Below are positions 54,226-64,000 of a stretch of 64,000 nt of DNA, in pieces. Positions within the stretch are counted from its first letter, which is position 1, and the number at the start of each line of letters is the position of its first letter. The stretch covers positions 2,240,001 through 2,304,000 of the forward strand of contig CBDCGL010000011.1 of NCBI GenBank assembly GCA_965216755.1, given 5' to 3'. Source of the stretch: Alphaproteobacteria bacterium (lineage in GTDB: Bacteria > Pseudomonadota > Alphaproteobacteria > UBA7887). The position numbers and the translations under genes are program-made. Under the pieces are notes generated by a model. It searched no databases. It worked only from the letters and a program-made list of their open reading frames with translations, and was not told where the DNA came from.

Positions 54226-55437
54226 TCAATCGGCGCCGATCACGTCGCCCATCGGCTCCCAGACCTCGCCGTTGAACTTGACCAGTTGCATTTGCTCGAT
54301 CGGGAAGAAATCATCGGGCCCGGTATCGAGCGTGATCCCCGGCAACAGCATCGGCACTTGGAGATTATCCAAGGCCGCGGCCTCTTTCATGATGTTCTCG
54401 CGGGTCAAATTGTCGCCGGCACGTTCCAATACGTGTGCCAAAGTCGATGCCGCCGCATAGCCATAGGCATTGAACAATTCGGCCTTATTGCCATCCGGAT
54501 GGTATCTATCCATCCACGTGATCCAGGCCTTATAGTCGTCATCGTCGAACCATTGCGGATCGGTTGGATCCTTCAGATAGACCGACGAAATCACGCCGAC
54601 CGATTTGTCAAGACCGGCGGGTGTCAGCACGGCTTCGACCGATGACGACACATTGTTCAGGAAATGCACGGGCCGCCATCCGGTATCGTAGGCCTTACGC
54701 AACGCCTGCGCCGCAAACTTGGGCGTGGTGATATTGAAAAACACGCTGGCACCACTATTTTGCATGGCAACGATTTGAGAATCAATTGTCGGATCCGTCA
54801 CCTCATATGGCTCGGCGATGGCGATCATACTGTCCGCCGCGTCACCCAAACCTTCAATGAATCCGTCCAGGTAATCCTTGCCGTAATCGTCATTCTGATA
54901 GAGCACGGCAATCTTGGCATCGGCGTGATTGTCGAGAATGTATTTGGCGTAGATCTTGGCTTCGGTCGGATAGGGCGGTTGCCAACCCATGCTCCACGGG
55001 TATTTCTGCGGATTGCCCCACTTGCTGGCCCCGGTGGCAACGAAAATATGCGGCACTTTCTTGGCGTTGACATATTTGTGGATGGCGGTGTTTGTGGGCG
55101 TGCCGAGGGTTTGGAATAGCAGCAGGACCTGTTCCTGCTCGACCAATTTGCGTACCTGTTCGACCGTTTTCGGCGGGCTGTAGCCGTCGTCCAGCGTGAT
55201 GAAATTGATCTGACGCCCGTTGATGCCCCCCTGATCGTTGATCATGTCGAAATAGGCGGAGATCGCCTTGCCGATCGCGCCATAGGCCGAGGCAGGCCCG
55301 CTATAGGGGTTGGTGTTGCCGATTTTGATCTCGGTGTCGCTGGCGCCCACGTCATAGGTGCCGTCCGCAAGGGCGGTCCCGGTGGTCGCAAGCAGCGACG
55401 CGACAAAAAATGTGCCAAGCCACGAGTTCTTGATCAT
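54226..55437 (-). CDS. ABC substrate-binding protein (LivJ-like)
   Basis: Signal peptide, PYSGPASAYG, DDGYSPPKT, LYQNDDYG. Confidence 0.92.
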   Translation of the reverse strand: MIKNSWLGTFFVASLLATTGTALADGTYDVGASDTEIKIGNTNPYSGPASAYGAIGKAISAYFDMINDQGGINGRQINFITLDDGYSPPKTVEQVRKLVEQEQVLLLFQTLGTPTNTAIHKYVNAKKVPHIFVATGASKWGNPQKYPWSMGWQPPYPTEAKIYAKYILDNHADAKIAVLYQNDDYGKDYLDGFIEGLGDAADSMIAIAEPYEVTDPTIDSQIVAMQNSGASVFFNITTPKFAAQALRKAYDTGWRPVHFLNNVSSSVEAVLTPAGLDKSVGVISSVYLKDPTDPQWFDDDDYKAWITWMDRYHPDGNKAELFNAYGYAAASTLAHVLERAGDNLTRENIMKEAAALDNLQVPMLLPGITLDTGPDDFFPIEQMQLVKFNGEVWEPMGDVIGAD

Positions 55438-56495
55438 TTGTCTGTTCCTCCTGCAGGTTGCTTGTCCAACCCCATCGCCGGTATCTGACCTGATCTTGCC
55501 ATGATCCACGTCCCGAGCGTGCTGGCAAGTCCGGCTGCACCGCGTGGCATGAGATACATCAGCGAAATCAGGATCACGCCGTAAATGGCCCAGGGTGCCG
55601 CCTTCGATATCTCTTCGGCAATATTGGGAACGAACTGAATGAACAGGCCGCCGATCACCGCGCCCCAAATGCTGGCCAGGCCGCCGACAACCATGCCGAC
55701 AACCAAGATGATCGAGACCAGGAAATTAAAGCTGTCGGGCGCAACGAATTGGACCACGATGGCGCCAAGCGCGCCGGCGATGCCCGTGTAGCCGGCACTG
55801 ATTCCGAAGGCGAGTGACTTATAGATGGGAACGTTGACCCCCATCGCCGACGCCGCCACCGACTGATCACGAATGGCGACCAAAGCCCGACCGCTGCGGC
55901 TGTTGAGCAGATTCGCCGCGAAGATATAGAGAAGTACGACGACCGCCAGTGTGAAGTAATAAAGCCATTGATCTTGGCTGAGCGGCAGCCCAAATGGTGC
56001 GTCTGGCTTGATGATAACAATCCCTTGCACGCCGCCGGTCCAACCCTCAAACAGGTCGTATTTCAAGATCTGCGGCACCGCAACCGCCAGCGCAAAGGTG
56101 GCCAGCGCCAGATAATGTCCGCGCAGCCGGGCGGCCGGAAATCCAAACACAAACCCGATACCGAGGCATAGGAACCCGGCGACCGGCAATGTCAGGAAAT
56201 AGGGGAGTTCCCAGCGATCCATCATGATCGCCGCGGTATAGGCGCCGAGTGCGTAGAAGGCACCGTGGCCGAGCGAGATTTGACCGCTGAACCCGGTCAA
56301 CAAGTTAAGACCCAAAATCGCGATCGCGTAGACCAAAGCCAGGGTGTATTGGAAAGTTCGGTAGTCGGTTGTGATCAGGGGTATGACAAGGCCGAGCACA
56401 AGCGCGGCACCGAGCCCCAACCGACGCCATTGTCGCCCGGTCAATCCCCAAAACCGCGGCGCGCTCGCGCCATCATGAACATTGAGAGCCGCCAT
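55434..56495 (-). CDS. LivM-like permease
   Basis: GLNLLTGFSGQISLGHGAF, YLALAT, GRALVAIRD. Confidence 0.92.
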   Translation of the reverse strand: MAALNVHDGASAPRFWGLTGRQWRRLGLGAALVLGLVIPLITTDYRTFQYTLALVYAIAILGLNLLTGFSGQISLGHGAFYALGAYTAAIMMDRWELPYFLTLPVAGFLCLGIGFVFGFPAARLRGHYLALATFALAVAVPQILKYDLFEGWTGGVQGIVIIKPDAPFGLPLSQDQWLYYFTLAVVVLLYIFAANLLNSRSGRALVAIRDQSVAASAMGVNVPIYKSLAFGISAGYTGIAGALGAIVVQFVAPDSFNFLVSIILVVGMVVGGLASIWGAVIGGLFIQFVPNIAEEISKAAPWAIYGVILISLMYLMPRGAAGLASTLGTWIMARSGQIPAMGLDKQPAGGTDK

Positions 56496-56498
56496 GCC

Positions 56499-57383
56499 TT
56501 ACACCCGTGTGACAGCGGTTTTGCCGAACAGGCCGCCGGGGCGGAAAATCAGCACGGCAACGATCAGCACCAGGGCGACGGTCAGCTTGAGTTCGTTGCC
56601 GATGAACGGCACATAGGCGCCGAGCAAATTCTCAAGCACACCGACGATGAAGCCGCCGACCACGGCACCGCCCGGATTGTTGATGCCACCCAGCAACGCG
56701 CCCGCAAAGCCGTAGAGCAATATGCCCGACATCATGGTTGGATCCAAAAACACGATCGGCGCCACCATCATGCCGGCGACGGCACCGATCGCGGCCGCCA
56801 ATCCCCAGCCCAGAGCAAGCATCCAGCCGACCCGGATACCGACCAAGCGGCTCGATTGTGGGTTCTGCGCCGCCGCACGCATCGCCAACCCCAACGATGT
56901 GAAGCGGAAAAACAGATAGAGCAAAAGCAGCACGACCAGTGTGACGCCGATCGCGCCAAGATCGTGCATGCGGAACGAGGCGCCGCCCGGCAGCACCAAT
57001 GGCGTATCTGGAAACGGGCTCGGAAACGGCTTCAGCGTGTATGTCCAGATCCAACCCGCGACGCTGTTGAAGATCACCAACAAACCGATAAACACAATGA
57101 TCAGCGTCAATATCGGTGCTTTTTCGACCGGACGGATGATCACCCGCTCGATCACCACGCCGGCAAAAAACGATGCTGCGACGGTGAGAAAAAAAGCACC
57201 CCAATAGGGCATGCCCGCATTGATCAAGGTCCACGCGATATAGGTCGAGAACATCGCCATTTCGCCTTGGGCGAAATTGATCAGTTCCGTCGCCTCATGG
57301 ATCATGACCAGCGCCAAGGCGATACTGGCGTAAATTCCGCCCGCCGCAAGTCCGGCCACGACGAGCTGTAGGAAATATTCCAT
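56499..57383 (-). CDS. LivH-like permease
   Basis: INFAQGEM, GLAMRAAAQN. Confidence 0.92.
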   Translation of the reverse strand: MEYFLQLVVAGLAAGGIYASIALALVMIHEATELINFAQGEMAMFSTYIAWTLINAGMPYWGAFFLTVAASFFAGVVIERVIIRPVEKAPILTLIIVFIGLLVIFNSVAGWIWTYTLKPFPSPFPDTPLVLPGGASFRMHDLGAIGVTLVVLLLLYLFFRFTSLGLAMRAAAQNPQSSRLVGIRVGWMLALGWGLAAAIGAVAGMMVAPIVFLDPTMMSGILLYGFAGALLGGINNPGGAVVGGFIVGVLENLLGAYVPFIGNELKLTVALVLIVAVLIFRPGGLFGKTAVTRV

Positions 57384-57397
57384 CCGCTTTTTCGCCC

Positions 57398-58111
57398 TTA
57401 ATAGCCGAGATAAGCCTTGCGCACGGCGTCGTCCCGGCCAATGTCGGCAGCCGCGCCCGAAATCGCTACGCGGCCGGTTTCCAACAAATACGCCTGATCA
57501 GCAAGCTCAAGTGCCAGCGACGCATCTTGTTCGACCAGCAGCATGCCGATCCCCTCTTCGTCGTTGATGCGGCGCATGATCGCGAACAGGTCTTGGACGA
57601 CGCGCGGCGCCAAACCGAATGACGGCTCATCGAGAAGCATCAAACGCGGTCGCAACATCAGCGCGCGCGCCAGCGCCAACATTTGCTGCTCGCCGCCGCT
57701 CAGCGTTCCGGCCTGTTGGCGGAAGCGCTCGCGCAGGACCGGAAAATAGCCCAACACACGTTCAAGATCCTCGCCAACCGCGGCCCGGTCGCGCCGCGCA
57801 TACGCACCCAAGCGCAAGTTTTCATCCACGCTCAGGCCAGTAAACGTGCCGCGCCCGTCTGGCACATGCGCAACCCCAAGCCGGGCAATATTCTCGGTCG
57901 ACAGGCGCTGGATATCGCGGCCCTCAAGTTCGATCGTGCCGCTGGTCCGCACCATGCCGCACACGGCCCGCAAACTTGTGGTCTTGCCCGCGCCGTTGGC
58001 ACCAAGAATGGTCGTCACACCGCCGGCCGCGACCGAAAAATCAATGCCGAACAGAACCTGAGTCGAACCATAGGCGGCCTCAAGACCGCGCACCTCTAAC
58101 AGCGACGACAT
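57398..58111 (-). CDS. LivF-like ATP-binding protein
   Basis: GANGAGKTT, LSGGEQQM, LDEPSFGLAP. Confidence 0.93.
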   Translation of the reverse strand: MSSLLEVRGLEAAYGSTQVLFGIDFSVAAGGVTTILGANGAGKTTSLRAVCGMVRTSGTIELEGRDIQRLSTENIARLGVAHVPDGRGTFTGLSVDENLRLGAYARRDRAAVGEDLERVLGYFPVLRERFRQQAGTLSGGEQQMLALARALMLRPRLMLLDEPSFGLAPRVVQDLFAIMRRINDEEGIGMLLVEQDASLALELADQAYLLETGRVAISGAAADIGRDDAVRKAYLGY

Positions 58112-58941
58112 TACTCGTCGGTGCCCAAATAGGCTTGGATCACAGCCGGATCATTGCGCACCTCATCGGGCGTACCCGCGGCGATGGTGCGCCCAAAATC
58201 GAGCACAATGACTTGGTCAGAGATCGGCATCACCAAGCCCATGTGATGCTCCACCAGCAACACCGTGACGCCGCGGGCGTCGCGCACCGTCTTGATCAGA
58301 GCCCCGAGCGCGTTGACTTCCTCATGATTGAGGCCGCCGGCGGGTTCGTCCATCAGCAACAACCGCGGCCGGCAGGCCAGCGCCCGGGCGAGCTCGACAC
58401 GTTTGCGCGTGCCGAACGGCAAACCCGCGACAACGTCCTGAGCAACCGCATTCAAATCCAGAAAATCGATGACATCGGCGGCCGTGGCACGCAGAACAGT
58501 CTCCTCGGCACGACATTGCCGAATCCGCAACGCATTGCCCAGAAAGCCGCTACGGCTCCAGTGGTGACAGCCCAACAGCACATTGTCGAAAACGGTCATG
58601 GTGTCGAACAGCGCCAGGTTCTGAAAGGTCCGGCCAATGCCCATACCAGCGATGTCGTGGGGCGCCGCGTCGAGCAACGACCGCCCGTCGAGTTCAATCT
58701 CGCCCGATAACGGCGTGTAGAGCCGGTTGAGACAATTAAAAAGCGTTGTTTTGCCGGCGCCATTGGGGCCGATCAGAGCAACGATTTGGCCACTCGGCAC
58801 CTCAAACGTGACCGAATCCAGCGCGACAATGCCGCCAAAGCGGACGACGATGTCACGCACACGCAATAGCGGTTGGGCGGCGCCGGTCGCCGCGCCGATC
58901 GGTTCACAGGCGGCGCCGCGCACCGTCTCAGACGCCATCAT
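58111..58941 (-). CDS. LivG-like ATP-binding protein
   Basis: GPNGAGKTT, RTFQN, MDEPAGGL, VEHHM; start uncertain. Confidence 0.92.
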   Translation of the reverse strand: MMASETVRGAACEPIGAATGAAQPLLRVRDIVVRFGGIVALDSVTFEVPSGQIVALIGPNGAGKTTLFNCLNRLYTPLSGEIELDGRSLLDAAPHDIAGMGIGRTFQNLALFDTMTVFDNVLLGCHHWSRSGFLGNALRIRQCRAEETVLRATAADVIDFLDLNAVAQDVVAGLPFGTRKRVELARALACRPRLLLMDEPAGGLNHEEVNALGALIKTVRDARGVTVLLVEHHMGLVMPISDQVIVLDFGRTIAAGTPDEVRNDPAVIQAYLGTDE

Positions 58942-59115
58942 GTCGGCTGTCGTGACCACAGCCCGACCGGTCGCGCGATCCGATCGCAACAGCGGCGCAA
59001 TTCATGTCGGTCCCCCCATTTGAGCCGTTGTTCGGCCCGCACTTACCTTTATCGGTGTGTCTTTATCAGTGTGGCGAGAATTGATGAGACAGGTCAACCC
59101 CGTGCGACGTCTTGG

Positions 59116-59868
59116 CTAGTGGCGGTAGTCAGGCTGCTCCCGGTCCAATTTGCGGCGCAGCGCGGCGAAATGGCGTCGGTAGTTCGACGCCGCGCCTGAT
59201 CCCTCGGTCTCAATCTGCTCAAAAACTTTGCGGATCATATCTTCTGGGATCAGCTTGAGCGGCCGTCCGGTGGACATGGCCAGAACCTGGGCGCGGCACG
59301 CCCGGTCCAAGTAGTAGAGATCTTCCCATGCGCCAGCGACCGAGTCAGAGGCCACGGTCACACCGTGGTTGGCCATGAACAACACGTCCTTGTCACCCAG
59401 CGCCCGCGCGATGCGATCGCCTTCATCCCAACCCAGCGCCGCGCCACCATATTCGTCGTCATAAGCAACTCGGTCAAAAAAACGGCAGGCGTTTTGATCC
59501 GCGGTGAGCAAGCGGCCGTCTTCGATCATGCACAGGGCCAAGGCATACGGCATGTGGGTGTGCATGACGCAGCGGCCGTCGGGCCGTGCCTTGTGGATCG
59601 CGGCGTGAATGTAGAAAGCACTCGGCTCCACGTAACCGTCTCCGGCACGCTTTTCGCCGTTGAAGTCCACGACCATCAAGCGACTGGCGGTGACCTCGGC
59701 CCAATGCAGCCCATAGGGGATCAGAAAGAACCGATCGTCATACCCCGGCACCATCAAGGTCAGATGATTGCAGATCCCCTCGCTAAAGCCATGCTGGTCG
59801 GCCAACCGATAGGCCGCAGCCAAGTCTTCCCGCGCCGTTTGCTCGGCATCTTGACCGGTGTCGTTCAT
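59116..59868 (-). CDS. Class II aldolase/adducin family protein
   Basis: REDLAAAYR, CNHLT, IHAAIH, MHTH, ANHG. Confidence 0.92.
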   Translation of the reverse strand: MNDTGQDAEQTAREDLAAAYRLADQHGFSEGICNHLTLMVPGYDDRFFLIPYGLHWAEVTASRLMVVDFNGEKRAGDGYVEPSAFYIHAAIHKARPDGRCVMHTHMPYALALCMIEDGRLLTADQNACRFFDRVAYDDEYGGAALGWDEGDRIARALGDKDVLFMANHGVTVASDSVAGAWEDLYYLDRACRAQVLAMSTGRPLKLIPEDMIRKVFEQIETEGSGAASNYRRHFAALRRKLDREQPDYRH

Positions 59869-60110
59869 GGGTCCTCCCTACTCCGATCGATGGGTTGCCA
59901 CCTGCGCGCAAAATATTGAACAAAACAAGAACACACAGGCTCGACCTCGAATTACATAGGGCGGCCGACCGCGACAAGGGAACTGGTCAGCCCTGGTAAA
60001 TCTTTATGCCCAGCGGGTCGCCAATTCGCTCACAGATTTCATCGAAAGTTTACCCGTTGCCAGTAGACCGGACCGTATCCGCGCCGAAATCGGCGCCGGC
60101 GAGGAGACCG

Positions 60111-61793
60111 ATGGCCGCTTCCCAAGACAGCACGCTGCGCTTCGAACGCGACCGATTTGTCGCGTTTGCTTTTGCCGCCGCGGACCTGCTGCTGGAAACC
60201 GATGCCGCGGGCACGATCCAATATGCCTTTGGCGCCGTGCGCGGCCTGACCAAAAGCACCGAGAGCGCGTTGCGCGGTACCAAGCTCCTCGATTTGTTCA
60301 GCGATCAGGACAAACCCGTTGCCACACATTTGCTGGCCCGGCTGAAAGATGGCAATCGTATGTTGCCGACGCGGGTCGCGCTGAAAACTGAGGCAGGCAT
60401 CCCGGCCCAAGCCTTGATGGGCGGTTGCCGCCTGCCGAACGCGGCGGGGCGTACTTTCGTCACTTTCACGATGGTCGCCGGCCTGCCGCCACGCGTTGTC
60501 GGCTTTGGCAAAGCTGGGCTCTATGATCGCGACCAATTTGACGAGATCGCCTGCCAGCGATTGGCTTCGACGCGGCAGACCGCCGTCGACGCCAAACTTG
60601 CGCTGTTCGTCGCCGACGGCTTGGCAATATTACGGGAACAGGGCGACCAGGACACGGTCGATCGGTTTTTGGACCAGTTCGCATCGATCCTGCGGGCCAG
60701 CGCCATCGGCGATGCCGCGGGCGAGATCGACATGGAGAAATTTGGCCTGGTGTTTGACGGCAACCAGAAGATCTCACTTGTCGAAAACGCCGCCCAGTCC
60801 GCCCTCGATGCCCTGGGCCTTAGCGATCGTGTCAAGCTCACGTGCGATGTCATCGATCTCGACCCGGGCCGCCTTAGCGACGCGGACGCCGGCCGGGCCT
60901 TGTCATACGCGCTGCGGCTTTTTCGGTCCAACGACTCCGACGGCTTCACGCTTACATCGTTGAGCGACGGTGCCGAGGCCATCCTGCGCGACACGCTGCC
61001 ACGGCTGGAACGCCTGCGCGATACCATCGACGACCGTGCTTTCGACATCGTGTTTCAGCCCGTGGTCCACCTTAACGGTCACAAAGTGCACTATTTCGAG
61101 GCACTGACTCGCATGACCGGCGTCGGCACGCCGGGCGAAATGATCTCGTTCGCCGAAGAAATCGGCGCGCCGACCGATTTCGATCTGGCGGTGTGCAAAA
61201 GCGTATTGGAAAACCTGGCTACACAGGCGCGTTCTGGGTGGACCCCAACCATCGCCGTCAACCTTTCGGCACGTTCGCTGGAAGGCGCATTATTCGTCAA
61301 CGAAATTGTCAAGTTGTTGGCAAGCTACCAAGACGTGCGCAGCCAATTGGTGTTTGAGCTGACCGAAACGGCGTATGTCGCCGACGCCGACAGCCTCAAC
61401 CAGACCATTCAAGTGCTGCGCAATGGCGGCCATAAAGTGTGTATCGACGATGTTGGCGCCGGAACAACCTCATTCCAGTCGCTCTACAATCTGAAGTTCG
61501 ACTACGCCAAGGTCGATGGCGTCACCGTGCGTCGCGCCTGCGCGGACACGCGTGCCATGTCGGCGCTGAAAGCGATCGTCAAAGTGTGCGGTGATATCGG
61601 CGTGGAAGTGATCGCCGAGCAGATCGAAGACGAACGCGAGGCCAGCATCCTGCGCCAACAAGGTATTAAATTCGGCCAAGGTTATCACTATGGCCGGCCG
61701 GCGCTCGATTTCCGCAAATATTACAGCGACCCCGCGCCACCGCGTGGCCAGCGCGCGCCGCGGCGCCAGGGGGCTCAGTCGAGTTGGGGCTAA
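60111..61793 (+). CDS. PAS plus degenerate GGDEF plus EAL c-di-GMP phosphodiesterase
   Basis: RBS GAGGAG; ERDRFVAFAFAAADLL PAS; FQP, EAL, VNLS, ELTE, DDVGAG, KVDG, AEQIE, QGY. Confidence 0.88.
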   Translation: MAASQDSTLRFERDRFVAFAFAAADLLLETDAAGTIQYAFGAVRGLTKSTESALRGTKLLDLFSDQDKPVATHLLARLKDGNRMLPTRVALKTEAGIPAQALMGGCRLPNAAGRTFVTFTMVAGLPPRVVGFGKAGLYDRDQFDEIACQRLASTRQTAVDAKLALFVADGLAILREQGDQDTVDRFLDQFASILRASAIGDAAGEIDMEKFGLVFDGNQKISLVENAAQSALDALGLSDRVKLTCDVIDLDPGRLSDADAGRALSYALRLFRSNDSDGFTLTSLSDGAEAILRDTLPRLERLRDTIDDRAFDIVFQPVVHLNGHKVHYFEALTRMTGVGTPGEMISFAEEIGAPTDFDLAVCKSVLENLATQARSGWTPTIAVNLSARSLEGALFVNEIVKLLASYQDVRSQLVFELTETAYVADADSLNQTIQVLRNGGHKVCIDDVGAGTTSFQSLYNLKFDYAKVDGVTVRRACADTRAMSALKAIVKVCGDIGVEVIAEQIEDEREASILRQQGIKFGQGYHYGRPALDFRKYYSDPAPPRGQRAPRRQGAQSSWG

Positions 61794-61811
61794 CTTCCCA
61801 ATTTCGGTGCC

Positions 61812-61910
61812 AATTGCGGTGACAGTTTACTAAATAAAATACACAAATGATTGTGACGCGAAAAAATACTGATACAAAATATGGTGTATTTAGTAAACTG
61901 TCACCGAATT
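61812..61910. mobile_element. MITE/REPIN-like inverted-repeat element
   Basis: Perfect 20-bp inverted repeat CGGTGACAGTTTACTAAATA (61817-61836) / TATTTAGTAAACTGTCACCG (61887-61906), AATT at both outer ends, AT-rich 50-bp core. Confidence 0.65.
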
Positions 61911-61911
61911 A

Positions 61912-62601
61912 TTACCATTGTATCTTTCGACCGTCATAGCGCCGGAAGCTGCCGGATTTGCCAGGCCGCATCCGGTCCAGCACCCGCGCCAGCCCGGCAG
62001 CGCTTTCTTCAGGGCCGACGTCCGCGTTCGGTCCGCCCATGTCGGTGCGCACCCAACCCGGATGCAGGGCCACCAGCGTGATGCCGCGTGCCGCCAGATC
62101 GCCGGCAAGCAATTTGGTCGCCATGTTTAAGGCCGCCTTGCTGGTCCGATAGATATAAGCACCCCCGGACGCGCCAGAGATGCTGCCCATTTGACTGGAC
62201 ATCATGGCAACCTGGCGGCGCTCGGACGCCTCAATTTGAGGTAGGAACGCCTGAACCATCTTGACCGGTGCGATCAAGTTGATGGCAAACACCTCCGGCC
62301 AGCCAGCAAAATCCAGATCATCCAGCGTCTGGCGGTCGAAATCGCCAAAGACCCCGGCATTGTTGAACAGCACGTCCAAGCGACGTTCCGCCAAGGTTGC
62401 CGCCAAGGCGTCGATTGCTTGATGGTCCGTCATCTCAAGCTGATGGATGTCGACGTCATGGCCGGCGGCCAACGCGCGTAAGGCAGCGGCCCGCCCCGGG
62501 TCGCGGCAGGTGGTGACGACGCTCCAGCCATTTGTGGCGTAGTGACGCGCGAGCGCTAGACCGATGCCACGGCCAGCGCCGGTTATCAGAATGGTCGGCA
62601 T
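61912..62601 (-). CDS. SDR oxidoreductase (CsgA/C-factor-like)
   Basis: TGAGRGIG, NNAG, SSQMGS, YRTSKAALN, HPGWVRTDMGG. Confidence 0.92.
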   Translation of the reverse strand: MPTILITGAGRGIGLALARHYATNGWSVVTTCRDPGRAAALRALAAGHDVDIHQLEMTDHQAIDALAATLAERRLDVLFNNAGVFGDFDRQTLDDLDFAGWPEVFAINLIAPVKMVQAFLPQIEASERRQVAMMSSQMGSISGASGGAYIYRTSKAALNMATKLLAGDLAARGITLVALHPGWVRTDMGGPNADVGPEESAAGLARVLDRMRPGKSGSFRRYDGRKIQW

Positions 62602-62706
62602 GTCCCCTCTCCCGATGTCGTCGCGATTCCCAACCGGACGTTGCGACCTATCGCCGTCGCGGCCTTGTCTTCATGACCATCAATACCCGCCGCGCCGACG
62701 CAAAAG

Positions 62707-63960
62707 TTACGAGCTTGCTGGCTCCGGCGGCTCCAAAGAAGGTTCGCGGCTACGCCCATAGATGATGGCAGCCCCGCCAACCAACACGGCCAAAAACCAG
62801 AACATCGCGCTGTAGGCTTCGGGCGGCCGGGCGCCGCCAACGGTTGCGAATGCGCCGACGATCCAGCCACTGATGACTTGCATCAATCCGACACCGCCAA
62901 AATTGAATAGGTTGGCGACGGTCAAGCCGCGTCCCACCATAGTTTGCGGAAACAAGCTGCGCACATGTGTCACCAAGACGACGGGATAAGCGCCCGCGAA
63001 CCCCGCCAGTCCGAACATGATGTACAAGGTTGCGGGGCCGCCCGGCGGCAGCAGCGCCAAAACAACACAGGTCGCCGACAATATACCGGCACCGAGACAG
63101 GCCAGCCATCTCAGGGATGGCGCAAAGCGAGCCATGGCGCCATAGGCCAATGTCCCCGCCATGGCCATGATCGACATGCCCATCAGCACGTTGGCCGCGG
63201 CGACGACGCCGAGCCCTTGGACTTCCTTCAGATACGGCGCCCCCCAAAGACCCAAGATCGTGGCGACACTGGCGTAGGAGACCGCGTTCAACGGTAGAAC
63301 GAAATGTAATTGGCGGTTGGCGAGAACGGTCCCGACGCCGCGCACCGCCGTAACAAGAGTCTCGCGAGAACCGGTCGGAGGCGGCGTGCCCGGTGGCCGA
63401 TCACGCACCATCAGCCAAATGACCCCCGCGGTCATAACGGTGATTGCCGCGATCCCGACAAAGGCGCCACGCCAGCCGACGGCTTCGGCAACCAATGCCA
63501 ACGGTGTGGTGGCGATCAGTCCGCCAGCACTGCCGACCGACATAACGATGGACGCCAGAAACGGAAATTGCCGCGGCGGGAACCATCGTGACACGAGTAC
63601 CAATGCGCCGATATAGGCGGTCGCACATCCGAGACCGGTGATCCCGCGACCAATCGCAAGCACGGTCGCCGAGGGCGCCGCCGCAAAGATCACGGCGCCG
63701 ATCGCCGCAACAACAAAAAGAGTCGCGTTAACCGCGCGCGGCCCGAAACGATCAATGAAAACACCCGCGGGCACTTGCGTTACCGCAAACACCAGGAAGA
63801 ACATGCCGCCAAGTACACCCAGCGCTTCGGCCGACAAACGCATATCCGCGATCAGCGACGGCGCCAAAACACCGACCGACGTGCGGTAGAAATGGCTCAA
63901 TGTGTAGCTCAGACAAAGCACGACCATCAGGACGAGGCTCGCACGCGCACGTCTGTCCAT
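62707..63960 (-). CDS. MFS transporter
   Basis: QVPAGVFIDRFGPR (motif A), about 12 hydrophobic segments. Confidence 0.92.
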   Translation of the reverse strand: MDRRARASLVLMVVLCLSYTLSHFYRTSVGVLAPSLIADMRLSAEALGVLGGMFFLVFAVTQVPAGVFIDRFGPRAVNATLFVVAAIGAVIFAAAPSATVLAIGRGITGLGCATAYIGALVLVSRWFPPRQFPFLASIVMSVGSAGGLIATTPLALVAEAVGWRGAFVGIAAITVMTAGVIWLMVRDRPPGTPPPTGSRETLVTAVRGVGTVLANRQLHFVLPLNAVSYASVATILGLWGAPYLKEVQGLGVVAAANVLMGMSIMAMAGTLAYGAMARFAPSLRWLACLGAGILSATCVVLALLPPGGPATLYIMFGLAGFAGAYPVVLVTHVRSLFPQTMVGRGLTVANLFNFGGVGLMQVISGWIVGAFATVGGARPPEAYSAMFWFLAVLVGGAAIIYGRSREPSLEPPEPASS

Positions 63961-64000
63961 TTGCCGAATTCCGATATGCGGGGACGTACTGGGTGGGTCG

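Noticed and set aside
56265-57371. 368-aa plus-strand ORF
   Set aside because: Antisense to hydrophobic permease genes

Overview
GC-rich chromosomal window that looks alphaproteobacterial (Rhodospirillales-like, inferred from gene content). It is densely coding with about 60 CDS, and I saw no rRNA, tRNA, CRISPR array or transposase. Left to right: hopanoid genes (shc/hpnF C-terminus, hpnG, hpnH, ispH), a cytochrome c'/c556 plus diheme cytochrome c pair, DegP, a MarR with a long basic tail, and an acyl-CoA ligase with a LIV-type ABC cassette. Next is a quinohemoprotein amine dehydrogenase (QHNDH) locus, qhpA-D-C-B-F-E. No qhpG or qhpR is visible; the operon instead continues into a divergent CcmF-like heme lyase and a DUF62 SAM hydrolase. 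After that come a CBS protein, an EF-G paralog, FccAB sulfide dehydrogenase, hpnB, an aroQ-like gene, hisC, an amidase, MATE, MarR-hmgA-fahA-maiA, an arsI/cadI-sigZ module, an unannotated 42-aa aa3 oxidase subunit IV gene, mmcB, an orphan nirS with an FNR-type box and a possible membrane anchor, TauD, a second LIV cassette, a PAS-EAL protein, a MITE/REPIN-like inverted-repeat element, an SDR and an MFS. The best candidate for an undescribed system is the QHNDH operon with its own CcmF paralog and no visible QhpG. All calls come from motif recognition by eye; no database searches were run.
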